From contig CAWDOD010000004.1 in the NCBI GenBank assembly GCA_963803805.1, forward strand, positions 352,001 through 416,000: a DNA stretch of 64,000 nt, given 5' to 3'. Numbering within the stretch: the stretch's first letter is position 1; each line of letters begins with the position of its first letter. A program made the position numbers and the translations under genes. Below, piece by piece: positions 31,068-40,177 of the stretch. Under the pieces are notes generated by a model. That model worked only from the letters and a program-made list of their open reading frames with translations, did no database searches and had not been told where the DNA came from. The stretch comes from an uncultured cyanobacterium (GTDB taxonomy: Bacteria > Cyanobacteriota > Cyanobacteriia > Cyanobacteriales > CAWCAG01).

Positions 31068-31401
31068 CCCATTCGTTTCTTATTTGTTGTTGCCAAGCTA
31101 CAGAATTGATATTTTTAAATGCTTTTACTTTGCCTGCAAGTTTATTGATTTGGTGGGGCTGTGCCGCTAGCTTAAGTTTTGGGGTAAAACTCTCTCCATC
31201 AATTGGAGGTACTTGTTCTGAGGCAGCAACAGCAGCTTGAATTTTTTCTCTAACAGACAAACTCCACTCGCTTTCGGCACGTTCGTATTCTTCCAACAAA
31301 CGAAGGGCAATCTCGATAACTTGCTGTGTAGATTGGTATTTACCCGTTGAGATTTTGGTTTGGATGAAGTTTTGTTGGGCTGGGGTTAAAGTTATTTTCA
31401 T
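31045..31401 (-). CDS. Antitoxin: ParD-like RHH N-terminus with a VapB-like C-terminal tail
   Basis: MKITLTPAQQNFIQTKISTGKYQSTQQVIEIALRLL (ParD/CC2985 type), then KLAGKVKAF...VAWQQQIRNEWD overlapping vapC. Confidence 0.75.
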   Translation of the reverse strand: MKITLTPAQQNFIQTKISTGKYQSTQQVIEIALRLLEEYERAESEWSLSVREKIQAAVAASEQVPPIDGESFTPKLKLAAQPHQINKLAGKVKAFKNINSVAWQQQIRNEWDETRLPN

Positions 31402-31468
31402 AATTTAGAAAGTTTGCTTTACTTATATTTGCTATTGTGCGATCGCCTCTAATTGCTTCTTTTCCCAC

Positions 31469-32131
31469 TTACGATTCATATTCAATCAGAGATTTTACCC
31501 ATTCTCTAAACTCCCGCATCGTTTTATTTCTTCCCTGTTGCTTAACCTTTTGTAAATACTCCGGAATCACTTCAGTTAAGGGAAAACCAGGAAAGTGAGG
31601 GCTAAAAGCTACCTCAATATAGCCACCTTCTTGTAGCTGATAAATCTTCAACTTTCCTTTTTCAAAACGCCATAATTCCCCAACTCCTAAAGCTTCATAA
31701 ATCTGAGGATGGGTGCGAGAGGTAATATCAATTTCTAAGGCTAAATCTGGTGGGGGATCAACGGTTAAATCTAAGCGATTTTTACTCCGAATAGCCGCTT
31801 CATTTTCGATATAAAAACAATCATCTGGTTCTATTCCTTGCTGCATTAGTTCATTTTTAAATGTCGTTGAACCCAAAGGATAAAACTCTATATCTAATTC
31901 TTCTAGTAATGCTTTAATAAAGTCTCCAACAAAAACTTTATTAACTTCATGTTCAGGTAAAGGGGTCATGATTTCTAATTTTCCCTGATCATAAGCAATT
32001 CTGCTATTACGATGTTCACCTAATTCCTGTAAAATGCTTTCAAATTCTTGCCAAGTTACATCTTTCAAGAGCAGTTTTTGCCCCAGAGGAACAGAAAATC
32101 TTTTTAATTCTAATAGCATGTGGTTTGTCAA
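31469..32131 (-). CDS. Uma2 (DUF820) family endonuclease-fold protein
   Basis: VTWQEFE, LEIMTPLPEHE, GIEPDDCFY, PPPDLALEIDITS, YEALGVGELW. Confidence 0.93.
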   Translation of the reverse strand: MTNHMLLELKRFSVPLGQKLLLKDVTWQEFESILQELGEHRNSRIAYDQGKLEIMTPLPEHEVNKVFVGDFIKALLEELDIEFYPLGSTTFKNELMQQGIEPDDCFYIENEAAIRSKNRLDLTVDPPPDLALEIDITSRTHPQIYEALGVGELWRFEKGKLKIYQLQEGGYIEVAFSPHFPGFPLTEVIPEYLQKVKQQGRNKTMREFREWVKSLIEYES

Positions 32132-32193
32132 TTTTCAACTGACTGATAAAGGATAAACTGTTAGCTATTTAAAAAATATATTGTTAAGTCAAA

Positions 32194-32242
32194 TTACTTA
32201 TTACTTATTACTTATTACTTATTACTTATTACTTATTACTTA
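32194..32242. repeat. Heptamer tandem repeat (TTACTTA)x7, STRR-like; the same unit occurs at about 11660-11695 and 47860-47880
   Basis: Directly visible. Confidence 0.9.
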
Positions 32243-32250
32243 TTACCTCA

Positions 32251-32472
32251 TCAGCCACCCCCCACAATAGTGACAACTTCTAAGCGATCGCCTTCAGTAA
32301 TTTGCGTATCTGCCCAATATTGGCGGTGTAAAATCTCGCCGTTATATTCCACCGCTACTAAACGGGGATTTAGGCCCATTTGTTCAAGTAACTGAGGTAA
32401 CTTTGTTCCTGAATCACAGGTTTGTACTTCACCATTAACTTGTAACTTAATTTGCTGAGTAGGATTAGTCAT
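32251..32472 (-). CDS. thiS: Sulfur carrier protein ThiS
   Basis: VNGE, VAVEYNGEIL, C-terminal VGGG. Confidence 0.95.
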   Translation of the reverse strand: MTNPTQQIKLQVNGEVQTCDSGTKLPQLLEQMGLNPRLVAVEYNGEILHRQYWADTQITEGDRLEVVTIVGGG

Positions 32473-33541
32473 TGTGCAGAGGACGGACGAGATTATGATT
32501 ATTATTGGCTAGTTGCGAGATAAAATACTGGGTGATGGGAGTAGGTTGTTCCGCTTCCATAATTGCCCTCACTACAGCTACTCTTTTCGCTCCAGACTGC
32601 ATAACATCCTGAAGATTATTGGTGTCAATACCACCGATAGCAAACCAAGGAACTGTAGCATTTTTAGCCGCATAACGTAGGTAATCATGCCCTGCGGCTG
32701 CTTTGCCTGCTTTGGTAGGAGTTTCATAAACTGGTCCCACACCAATATAATCTGCTCCTTGGGCGATCGCCCGTTGCATTTCTTCAGGGTTAGTAGTTGA
32801 ACGCCCAATCAGACGTTGTTCTCCTAATAATTGTCGTGCCAAGTTAATCGGAACATCTTGTTGTCCTAAATGTACCCCATCAGCATTAACAGCCAAAGCT
32901 AAATCAACCCTATCGTTCATAATAAACAAAGCTCCATAATTGTGGCACAACTGGCACATTTTTTGAGCATTGCCAAGACGGGTTGTATCGTCAGTGTTTT
33001 TATCTCGATACTGTACCAATGCTAAACCTCCTTGAAGTGCTGCTTCCACAGTCGGGAGAAGCTTTTCACTAGGAGATGTTACCAAATATAAAAGGGCATT
33101 TTTAAATTGTTGATGGCGTTTATAAGCGATTAAATTACTTTCTAAAGTATAAACTCGATAGCGCATTTGCTTAAAGGTAGCGCCCATTTGAGCTTGATAT
33201 AATTTGCCATATTCTTCCAAAACCCGCAAAGCTTCCTGTACCCGACACAAATTCACTTGAAGTAGCTGTTCAATACTAGTCCGCTTTTCTTCTTGAGGAT
33301 GGGAAAGTTGTGTCCCCAGATCCCCCGGAGTATCCCTTGCTGAGCGCAATTCTGCACCATGCCAAAGGGCCAATTCTTGGCGCATCTGCTTGCATTCTGC
33401 GGCCATTTCGCTGCTATCAAGTCCAAATCGACACCATTCTTCAATAATCCGTAGTCCTTCTCTGGCTCGGTCTAAGTTAGCATCTAAAATACGGTAGATT
33501 GCGTAGTTACTATTTCGATCCTGGTTAAATTGTTCGCCCAT
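32465..33541 (-). CDS. thiE: Thiamine-phosphate synthase (cyanobacterial long form)
   Basis: RILDANLDRAREGLR N-domain; QYRDK, NDRVD, GVHLGQQD, TPTK, AIGGI. Confidence 0.95.
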   Translation of the reverse strand: MGEQFNQDRNSNYAIYRILDANLDRAREGLRIIEEWCRFGLDSSEMAAECKQMRQELALWHGAELRSARDTPGDLGTQLSHPQEEKRTSIEQLLQVNLCRVQEALRVLEEYGKLYQAQMGATFKQMRYRVYTLESNLIAYKRHQQFKNALLYLVTSPSEKLLPTVEAALQGGLALVQYRDKNTDDTTRLGNAQKMCQLCHNYGALFIMNDRVDLALAVNADGVHLGQQDVPINLARQLLGEQRLIGRSTTNPEEMQRAIAQGADYIGVGPVYETPTKAGKAAAGHDYLRYAAKNATVPWFAIGGIDTNNLQDVMQSGAKRVAVVRAIMEAEQPTPITQYFISQLANNNHNLVRPLHND

Positions 33542-33715
33542 GGTTTTGATTACCTTAATTCCTGTTTTAGCCCCTTGGATTAAATTGAGCCAAATTAAGG
33601 AAGATTCTACTTATAAAGCGAGGGGCTTAGCCCCCCATTAATTTCTCAAGATTACCTCAAAATAGGTTCTACCTCACATTCTCCTAATTAGCCCTTAGCT
33701 ATTAACTTAATTATT

Positions 33716-34186
33716 GTGTCTGAAGAATTACTCCCTGGATATAAGTTGCAAGTTGGTACTGGTACTGAACGTGCTTTACTAATTAAGTTTATGCACCAAA
33801 CTTATCAAGAACTTTTTCCTCAACAACAAGATTTTTCCCATTTAAACGAAACTGTAGAAAAGTATTTTTCTGCCCAAACCCCTGTGTGGTTTGTCCTACC
33901 AATAACAACAGAAATCATTACTCCCGTTGCCTGTCTTTGGTTAGGTAACACCATCGATCAGGTTAAAGGCGATCGCCATAGCCATATTTTTCTTGTTTAT
34001 GTATCCCCACCCTATCGTCAACAAGGGATCGGTTCAAGGTTATTAGAATATGCCCAAAAATGGTCTTCTTCTAGGGGGGATCACCAAATTAGCTTACAAG
34101 TTTTCCCCAATAATCACGGGGCAATCAAATTGTATCAACGCTTCGGCTATCAAACTAACTCCCTACAAATGGTCAAAACCTTTTAG
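33716..34186 (+). CDS. GNAT N-acetyltransferase
   Basis: YVSPPYRQQGIGSRLL, NHGAIKLYQRFGY. Confidence 0.9.
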   Translation: MSEELLPGYKLQVGTGTERALLIKFMHQTYQELFPQQQDFSHLNETVEKYFSAQTPVWFVLPITTEIITPVACLWLGNTIDQVKGDRHSHIFLVYVSPPYRQQGIGSRLLEYAQKWSSSRGDHQISLQVFPNNHGAIKLYQRFGYQTNSLQMVKTF

Positions 34187-34235
34187 TTATAATTAAGTTC
34201 TAAACCTAGGCAATATTTAAGATAAAATAGTAGTT

Positions 34236-34994
34236 ATGCATGATGATGACGAGCTACTTGTAATTGACCCCGATACACAGCTAGAAAGTCCGTTAGACCG
34301 GATGGAACCTGTGGATGAGGCAGAAAACCAATCTTCGCCAAATCCTGAAAAAATGCTGGCGTTGCTTTCTGCATCAAATCCTTCCCAACGTATGTTGGCA
34401 ACTCGCGCTTTTTGTGAAATAAAAGATAGTCGGGCCATTCCCCAGTTGATTCTCTTGCTTGAGGATGTTTGTCCCTTAGTTAGGGTTAGTGCAGCTTACG
34501 CTTTGGGTCGCAATTCTAGTTATGAGGCTGTAGAAGCCCTCATTAATCAGCTACACAGGGATTGGAACGGTTATGTCCGTAAAGGAGTCGTTTGGGCTTT
34601 AGGAAACTGCCGCGATCGCCGTTCTCTTCAACCTTTAATCGAGGCCCTAAAAACTGATATTTCTGCGGTACGTTTATGGGCAGCTAGTTCATTAGGTCAA
34701 ATTGCTAACTTGGAGTATGAAGATGTTGTCGGGGCGATACCTTCTTTGATTCAAGGTTTAAGACGAGATCCTGTCGCCGCAATCAGAAGTAACTGTGCTT
34801 GGTCTTTGGGCAAGTTATGTCGAGAATTACCTTCTAATGTTGTTTATGCTACCGCAGTGGATGCTTTGATTGAAGCCCTAGTTGAAGATGAAGATGTCGG
34901 GGTTAAAGAAGATGCTAGGGCAGCAATTCTCAAAGTAGGAGATCCTCGTGGGTTGCAGATGATTGAAGAGTTGGAATTAGAAGGCTTGATTTGA
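34236..34994 (+). CDS. HEAT-repeat (PBS lyase-like) protein
   Basis: Repeats such as LVRVSAAYALG, YVRKGVVWALG, AVRLWAASSLG. Confidence 0.9.
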   Translation: MHDDDELLVIDPDTQLESPLDRMEPVDEAENQSSPNPEKMLALLSASNPSQRMLATRAFCEIKDSRAIPQLILLLEDVCPLVRVSAAYALGRNSSYEAVEALINQLHRDWNGYVRKGVVWALGNCRDRRSLQPLIEALKTDISAVRLWAASSLGQIANLEYEDVVGAIPSLIQGLRRDPVAAIRSNCAWSLGKLCRELPSNVVYATAVDALIEALVEDEDVGVKEDARAAILKVGDPRGLQMIEELELEGLI

Positions 34995-35017
34995 TAAGTA
35001 GTTAAGTAGCAATTTAA

Positions 35018-35096
35018 ATGGCTAATGGCTAATGGCTAATGGCTAGTTGGTAAAATCTTAGACTTGTGTGAGAATATTTTATTTACTGGAGTTCTC
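35018..35096 (+). mobile_element. Half copy of the 24442-type MITE
   Basis: ATGGCTA heptamers + AAATCTTAGACTTG...ATATTTTATTTACTGGAGTTCTC followed by TTA. Confidence 0.75.
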
Positions 35097-35124
35097 TTAG
35101 TCTTTTACCTAACTCCTGTTTATA

Positions 35125-36018
35125 TTACTGCGGTTGTGGTACATCAGGACGTATGAGCAGATAAGATTCATCTACTAAAGTCTGATAGACTCCTTTAATA
35201 TTCAAAGGAAGCCATTCTTCGTACATAGCCAGATCGCTATAGTCATCGAGGCGAATTTCGTTTTGGAGGGTAGCTAAGTCTTTGCCAGCCCGGATGCCCT
35301 CTAGGACAGAATCATACAGGGCCTCAAGATAGCCAAGATATCTCTCCACGTCTTCTTTTGTCCCCACCTCTGCGTGTCCTCCTACAAGCACCTCAAAATC
35401 CATATCCAGCACCTCTCTAGTAGAATTAATCATGCCTTGGATATCGTAACCCTGAAGATCCTTATAGGGCATACGTCCCAAAACAATCCAATCTACCACG
35501 TGCAGAACACCAGCAGGTTCAAATAACATAGAAATAGAACCACGCCCGTTGTTTGTGCCATGATATCGCAAACCCACTTGACTCTCACCAAGATAAAGCA
35601 CCATCTCATCATTAAAGACAAGGTTAGGAATCCTAGTTTGGGCTTTGGTTTGTACTAGATCCTCACGGGCAAGTTGATGGGAGACAAAATCTACACCCTC
35701 TCCGTCAAAAACTTCACCACCATAGACATGATCAGGATGATTGTGACTATAGATAACCAAGCGAACAGGTTTGTTGAATCTTTGTGCTAATTCCCCCTTT
35801 AGCCATGTAGCTGCCTCTTTGCTGATTGGATCAGTGACGATAATCCCTGCATCAGTTGTCATGAAAACAGAGCGATAATTTCCGGCTTTAAAGCGGTAAA
35901 CGTTACCACGAATCGAATCAATTTGATAATCTTGCGGCAATGCAGGTATACAAATCAGGCAAACAAGCAAAAGCCCCAAAAGAATACTACTGATTTTTGC
36001 TACATAGCGATTTTTCAT
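35125..36018 (-). CDS. Secreted MBL-fold metallo-hydrolase
   Basis: Signal peptide; SHNHPDH (HxHxDH), VVDW, GGH. Confidence 0.88.
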   Translation of the reverse strand: MKNRYVAKISSILLGLLLVCLICIPALPQDYQIDSIRGNVYRFKAGNYRSVFMTTDAGIIVTDPISKEAATWLKGELAQRFNKPVRLVIYSHNHPDHVYGGEVFDGEGVDFVSHQLAREDLVQTKAQTRIPNLVFNDEMVLYLGESQVGLRYHGTNNGRGSISMLFEPAGVLHVVDWIVLGRMPYKDLQGYDIQGMINSTREVLDMDFEVLVGGHAEVGTKEDVERYLGYLEALYDSVLEGIRAGKDLATLQNEIRLDDYSDLAMYEEWLPLNIKGVYQTLVDESYLLIRPDVPQPQ

Positions 36019-36053
36019 AACTCTAATCCAAAATTGAACTCACATTCAGTTAA

Positions 36054-36157
36054 GAGAACTCCAATAAATAAAATATCCTCACCAAGTCTAAGATTTTACC
36101 AACTAGCGATAAGCTAATGGCTAGTCGCTTTTGCATAAGTCTTTTCTTGGCTCTGTA
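36054..36157 (-). mobile_element. Short inverted copy of the 24442-type MITE
   Basis: GAGAACTCCAATAAATAAAATATCCTCACCAAGTCTAAGATTT...ATAAGTCTTTTCTTGGCTCT. Confidence 0.78.
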
Positions 36158-36158
36158 G

Positions 36159-36497
36159 TTATTGCCCAACTCCAGGATAATTTTCAACAAATTGAACTGT
36201 AAAATCAGGGGAACTTTCTACAAACTTAACCCTTAAATCGGGAAAAGCATCAACAATTTGCCATTCTCCACATCTACTAGGAAAAATCTCAACTTGCTTA
36301 ACCAGTAAGTTAGCATTAGCAGCAACAACTTTCACATTCACATCAGGAAAGTTCTCAACAACTTGTACCTTACCATAGAGCCTTTTACCACCATAGCTAC
36401 AGCTAAAGCGATTAAGGGGATTAAAATTAGCTAAGCTTGGTTGAATACAAGCAAAGCTAACCAAAATAGGTATTAAACCCAACTTAATTATTTTCAT
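36159..36497 (-). CDS. Secreted hypothetical protein with short beta repeats
   Basis: Signal peptide; repeated V(Q/K)(V/F)VxxFPD units and CGEWQIV. Confidence 0.75.
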   Translation of the reverse strand: MKIIKLGLIPILVSFACIQPSLANFNPLNRFSCSYGGKRLYGKVQVVENFPDVNVKVVAANANLLVKQVEIFPSRCGEWQIVDAFPDLRVKFVESSPDFTVQFVENYPGVGQ

Positions 36498-36623
36498 TCC
36501 ATCTATCCTCTACCCTTTACACTTATTAGTGTATCTCCGACATAACAAAGCTAACAGCCAACAACTAATAACTAAAAACAATTGACAAATGGAATAGTAG
36601 TTTAACTTGTCATCATTGGGTAT

Positions 36624-38195
36624 TTAGTAACCACTAATCCTAACCAAACGAATAACTGTACGCTGATGAATTGGAGAAGCGGGATCTGCGCCAATAAGGG
36701 GTTGGGAGAAACCTAAACCTTCGGCAACGAACTTGTGGGGGAGGTTTTTACTAATTAGATATTGAGTTACCACATCTGCCCTTGCTTGGGAGAGTTTTTG
36801 ATTAAAATCGGCGCTACCGGTGCGGGAAGTATGTCCTTGTATTTTAATCGCTACAGTGGAAGCATTAAACTCGCTAATCTCTGTTGCTAGCTTGTCAAGG
36901 GTTTGCTTTCCTTCTGGGGTTAGTTGCGATGCACCAGTCTCGAATTTCACCTCACCTCTCACTTTTAGATTACCAATATCATTCCCTTGTTGAACTTCGG
37001 TTGTGGATATTTGCGGTGTAGAAGTCGGTTCGGCAAAGCCCCTTAATTTCTCAGCTAATTCAGGATTATCACTTTCCACCGCCGTAATTAAATTGCTGGT
37101 TTGTTCGGCTGCTGTTTTTAAAAAAGCGTTTGTAAACAGGGTTTCTGGATTAGCTGGGATAGCATCGGTACGTCCCGAAAGCGCTAAAACTCCGGCAATG
37201 GCGCGGATTCTTTTGGTTAAAGTTCCTGATTCGAGCCAATTATTTGCTTCTACAGAAGTGAAAAATTGAATCCCTTGCCTCACTGCTGTAGCTTCAGCAT
37301 TGCTTAAATTACCGTCGGCAGCAATTTGTTGAGTTAATTGGGTTTGATCTTGAATGGAAGTATCTAGGCGACGGTAGTAAGAAGTTACAAAGCTACTCAC
37401 TAAACCGGGATTGTTATTAATAAGGCGATCGCTAGCCACCATGACATCGACAATTACCCTAGGGGCATCAGCACTACTCAACACCACCGTATTTCCCTGT
37501 GCCTTAGCCTCAGTGACATAGGGTTCCCAAAGCACAGCAATGCCAACTTGGGAGTTAGGCTTTTGCAGTTGCTGCCAAGCTTCACTAGCATCAGCAACCT
37601 TAACAATTTCAAAATCAGCTAAGTTAAAGTTTTCAAACTTAGTATCCAACACCTTAGCAAGAAACTCACTAGGAGTATCCCCTGCATAAACAATTTTCAA
37701 CTGTTCTCCCACTGCCCTTTTTTGCTTAACTAAAGCATCTAAATCATTTAGAGACTTAAGCTGAGGATACTGCTGGCTATTTAGTACTACAGCATCTGCT
37801 CCGACGGTACGATCAATTAGGGCAACAATTTTTCCTTTGGGGTTATGGGTAAGAAACTGATCTAAAGTGGTGACAATTAGATCTGCTTTACCTTCATTTA
37901 AGGCTATAGCACGAGCTTTTTGATTAAACTCATCAGCATATTTTAAAGTAACTTCTTGCTCTTTAAGGGTATTTTGAAAGTCTGTATTTCTCAAAGTAGA
38001 ATAACCACTAAAAGTATCCCCCAATACTCTAAGCTCACCTTTGGCGTGACGACCCTCTGGTGTAACAACTTCTGTATTTAAAATACTTAGCTGTTTACTA
38101 CTCAGATTACCTACTCCTACTAAAGCTGCCCCCATTAAACCTGTAGTAACCAATAGAGACAAAACTAAGATTTTGGTTTCATTCTGTACCGACAT
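36624..38195 (-). CDS. ABC-type substrate-binding domain fused to an OmpA-like peptidoglycan-binding domain
   Basis: LGDTFSGY, DRTVGADAVV, LWEPYV; C-terminal FETGASQL...GHTS...NQKLSQARA. Confidence 0.85.
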   Translation of the reverse strand: MSVQNETKILVLSLLVTTGLMGAALVGVGNLSSKQLSILNTEVVTPEGRHAKGELRVLGDTFSGYSTLRNTDFQNTLKEQEVTLKYADEFNQKARAIALNEGKADLIVTTLDQFLTHNPKGKIVALIDRTVGADAVVLNSQQYPQLKSLNDLDALVKQKRAVGEQLKIVYAGDTPSEFLAKVLDTKFENFNLADFEIVKVADASEAWQQLQKPNSQVGIAVLWEPYVTEAKAQGNTVVLSSADAPRVIVDVMVASDRLINNNPGLVSSFVTSYYRRLDTSIQDQTQLTQQIAADGNLSNAEATAVRQGIQFFTSVEANNWLESGTLTKRIRAIAGVLALSGRTDAIPANPETLFTNAFLKTAAEQTSNLITAVESDNPELAEKLRGFAEPTSTPQISTTEVQQGNDIGNLKVRGEVKFETGASQLTPEGKQTLDKLATEISEFNASTVAIKIQGHTSRTGSADFNQKLSQARADVVTQYLISKNLPHKFVAEGLGFSQPLIGADPASPIHQRTVIRLVRISGY

Positions 38196-38250
38196 ATTCT
38201 TTCTTCTCCAAATTAACTGCTAGTTAAAGTAGGAGTATTAGACAAGAAAT

Positions 38251-38508
38251 TTAGCTTGTATCAGCTAGAATTTTCCTCTTTACTACTCCAAATTTTCCTG
38301 ATGTTTGATGGCTAGAACAAAACTGAATTAAGGCGCGAGATTCTTGCCTAATCCAGCCTTGCCTCGCTGCTTCCTGCAAAGCCATAAAAGCTTGCAGTTC
38401 TAAACTATTGTTTTTCTGCTTTAGTAATTGACGCAGTTGGTTTTCTGCTTCAATGGTTAAATGACCAGTACTAAAAGCTTGTTGAACAATATCGCTTATT
38501 CTCATCAT
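38251..38508 (-). CDS. Conserved cyanobacterial hypothetical protein
   Basis: MRISDIVQQAFSTGHLTIEAENQLRQLL...AFMALQEAA...QES pattern. Confidence 0.7.
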   Translation of the reverse strand: MMRISDIVQQAFSTGHLTIEAENQLRQLLKQKNNSLELQAFMALQEAARQGWIRQESRALIQFCSSHQTSGKFGVVKRKILADTS

Positions 38509-38753
38509 CTTTTAAGTAGATTGCTAATTTTTGATAGCAATAGGTGAAAGCTTTTTCGTGAAGTTATGACGAGAAGTTTCACCTATTTATTCAACAAAAG
38601 CTGAGTGGGAGATAGCGATTAAATCGAGCAACATTTGTTAGTGTCGATTCAAATTATCTCCCCTGACTCATACACAGTTGGTTTTTGTGCATGAAGATTC
38701 ACAATTAGGCAAGGACTACACAGTTGTGTATCGCTGCGAAGGGAATGGAATAT

Positions 38754-39229
38754 TTAGATGACAACAAAGTTACTAGCACTCAGGTCTGTAGCCATAACTC
38801 CTGTGAGTGTAGCCACATCTGTATTGCCAGCATTAACTAGAGTGTCATTCCCAACCTGCATAATCTTGAGGTCTGAGAAAGTTAATCCTAAATTAATCAG
38901 GCCAATGATCTCCTCACTAACATCAAAGTCGGTAATTGTGTGAGGGAGGCTAGGCAGACTGCCATCAGCAATCCAGAAGAAATCATTACCATCGCCACCA
39001 GTCAGGGTGCTACCACTAAGACCAGCCGAGAGAAAATCATCTCCTGCACCGCCGTCAAGTTGGTCATTGAAACCCCCTAAAAGAGTATCATCTCCTGCCC
39101 CGCCAACCAGGATATTGTTACCCCCACCGTTGGAAGCATTAAGGATATCATCACCATCGCCACCATCAAGTTGGTCATTAAAATTAGCTAACAGTAGATC
39201 CTCGCCATCACCACCATTAAGAACATTAT
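38754..39229 (-). pseudogene. 3' fragment of an RTX (hemolysin-type Ca-binding) protein cut by IS701
   Basis: Hand translation: NVLNGGDGEDLL...LDGGDGDDIL...VGGAGDDTL...TGGDGNDFF...TITDFD...DLSASNFVVVI-stop; no start codon, abuts the IS end. Confidence 0.88.
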
Positions 39230-40168
39230 CCCTCTTCTGTCAGACTCCGAGACAAAGAAGTAAGAAAAAAGGAGACTATCCTGAGTTGAAGTAAGGTGAA
39301 TAGTAATTCATCACTGCAATTAAATCATGTAATCCTAGCAATAAATTACGGTTAGGAAACACTTCTATCCACGGCCAAACTAACCACAGCACTATCGTTG
39401 GTTGAATAATTAAACGTAGATTATTCAAAGTACTTTTCCAACCCTGTTGATGATTCCATTGTTGGTGATGAGAAAAATCAACGTCTGGCTTTTCTACTTC
39501 TTTATCTCTGGGCTTATCTTCTTTGAATCCCATATCGATTAGTTCACTAATTATCAATGATGCTAGTTGAATTTTAGTTTGATATTCATCTTCTGGTTTT
39601 AAGGTTCCTTTTGGTTTAAATACTTTAAAGGCCAGAGGTATGGTGATACCTTGGTAGATTCCATAGGCATTTACTGTGACTATTCCTCGGTCTACTTTGC
39701 CGACATTTCCTAGATATTGTCTAGCTACATAATCTGTTGTTTTTCCTTTCCTTCTATCTCCTGTTTCATCTACAACTACGATGATTGAGCTACCATTTAA
39801 TAAGCTGAGTATTCTCAGTAATCTTTGCCTTCTCAATTCTTCTACTGACCATGGGGATTGGGCGATGAAATGATGTAATGACTGGGTTGAGTTGATTCCG
39901 ACAACACGAGCTATTTCTGGTAATGACTTTCTCTTAATTGGGGAGATTATTCCTAAGTGTAAATATTTGAAACATTCATAGCTTCTTACTTCGGGGAATA
40001 TGCTTTTATAGTGACTACAATAGTCGTCGATGAAGGATACTGTTGGTCGTGCATCCCTAGCTAAATGTTTCTGTATCTGTAACTCTACATCCATCTTTGG
40101 CACTACCTTTGCACCCATCAACCATCTTTATCTATTCCTATTCTACTCCGGAGAGTGACAAAAGAGGG
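39230..40168 (-). mobile_element. Internally deleted IS701-family element
   Basis: Inverted ends CCCTCTTCTGTCA / TGACAAAAGAGGG; no flanking duplication seen. Confidence 0.85.
39276..40121 (-). pseudogene. IS701 transposase with in-frame central deletion
   Basis: QSLHHF, VVDETGDRRKG, VARQYLGNVGK present; the WVEYGFRQCKQELGW region seen in the 21 kb remnant is absent. Confidence 0.85.
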
Positions 40169-40177
40169 CTTCTTTTT

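Noticed and set aside
33541-33716. TPP riboswitch upstream of thiE
   Set aside because: No GCTGAGA/TGAT core on the minus strand
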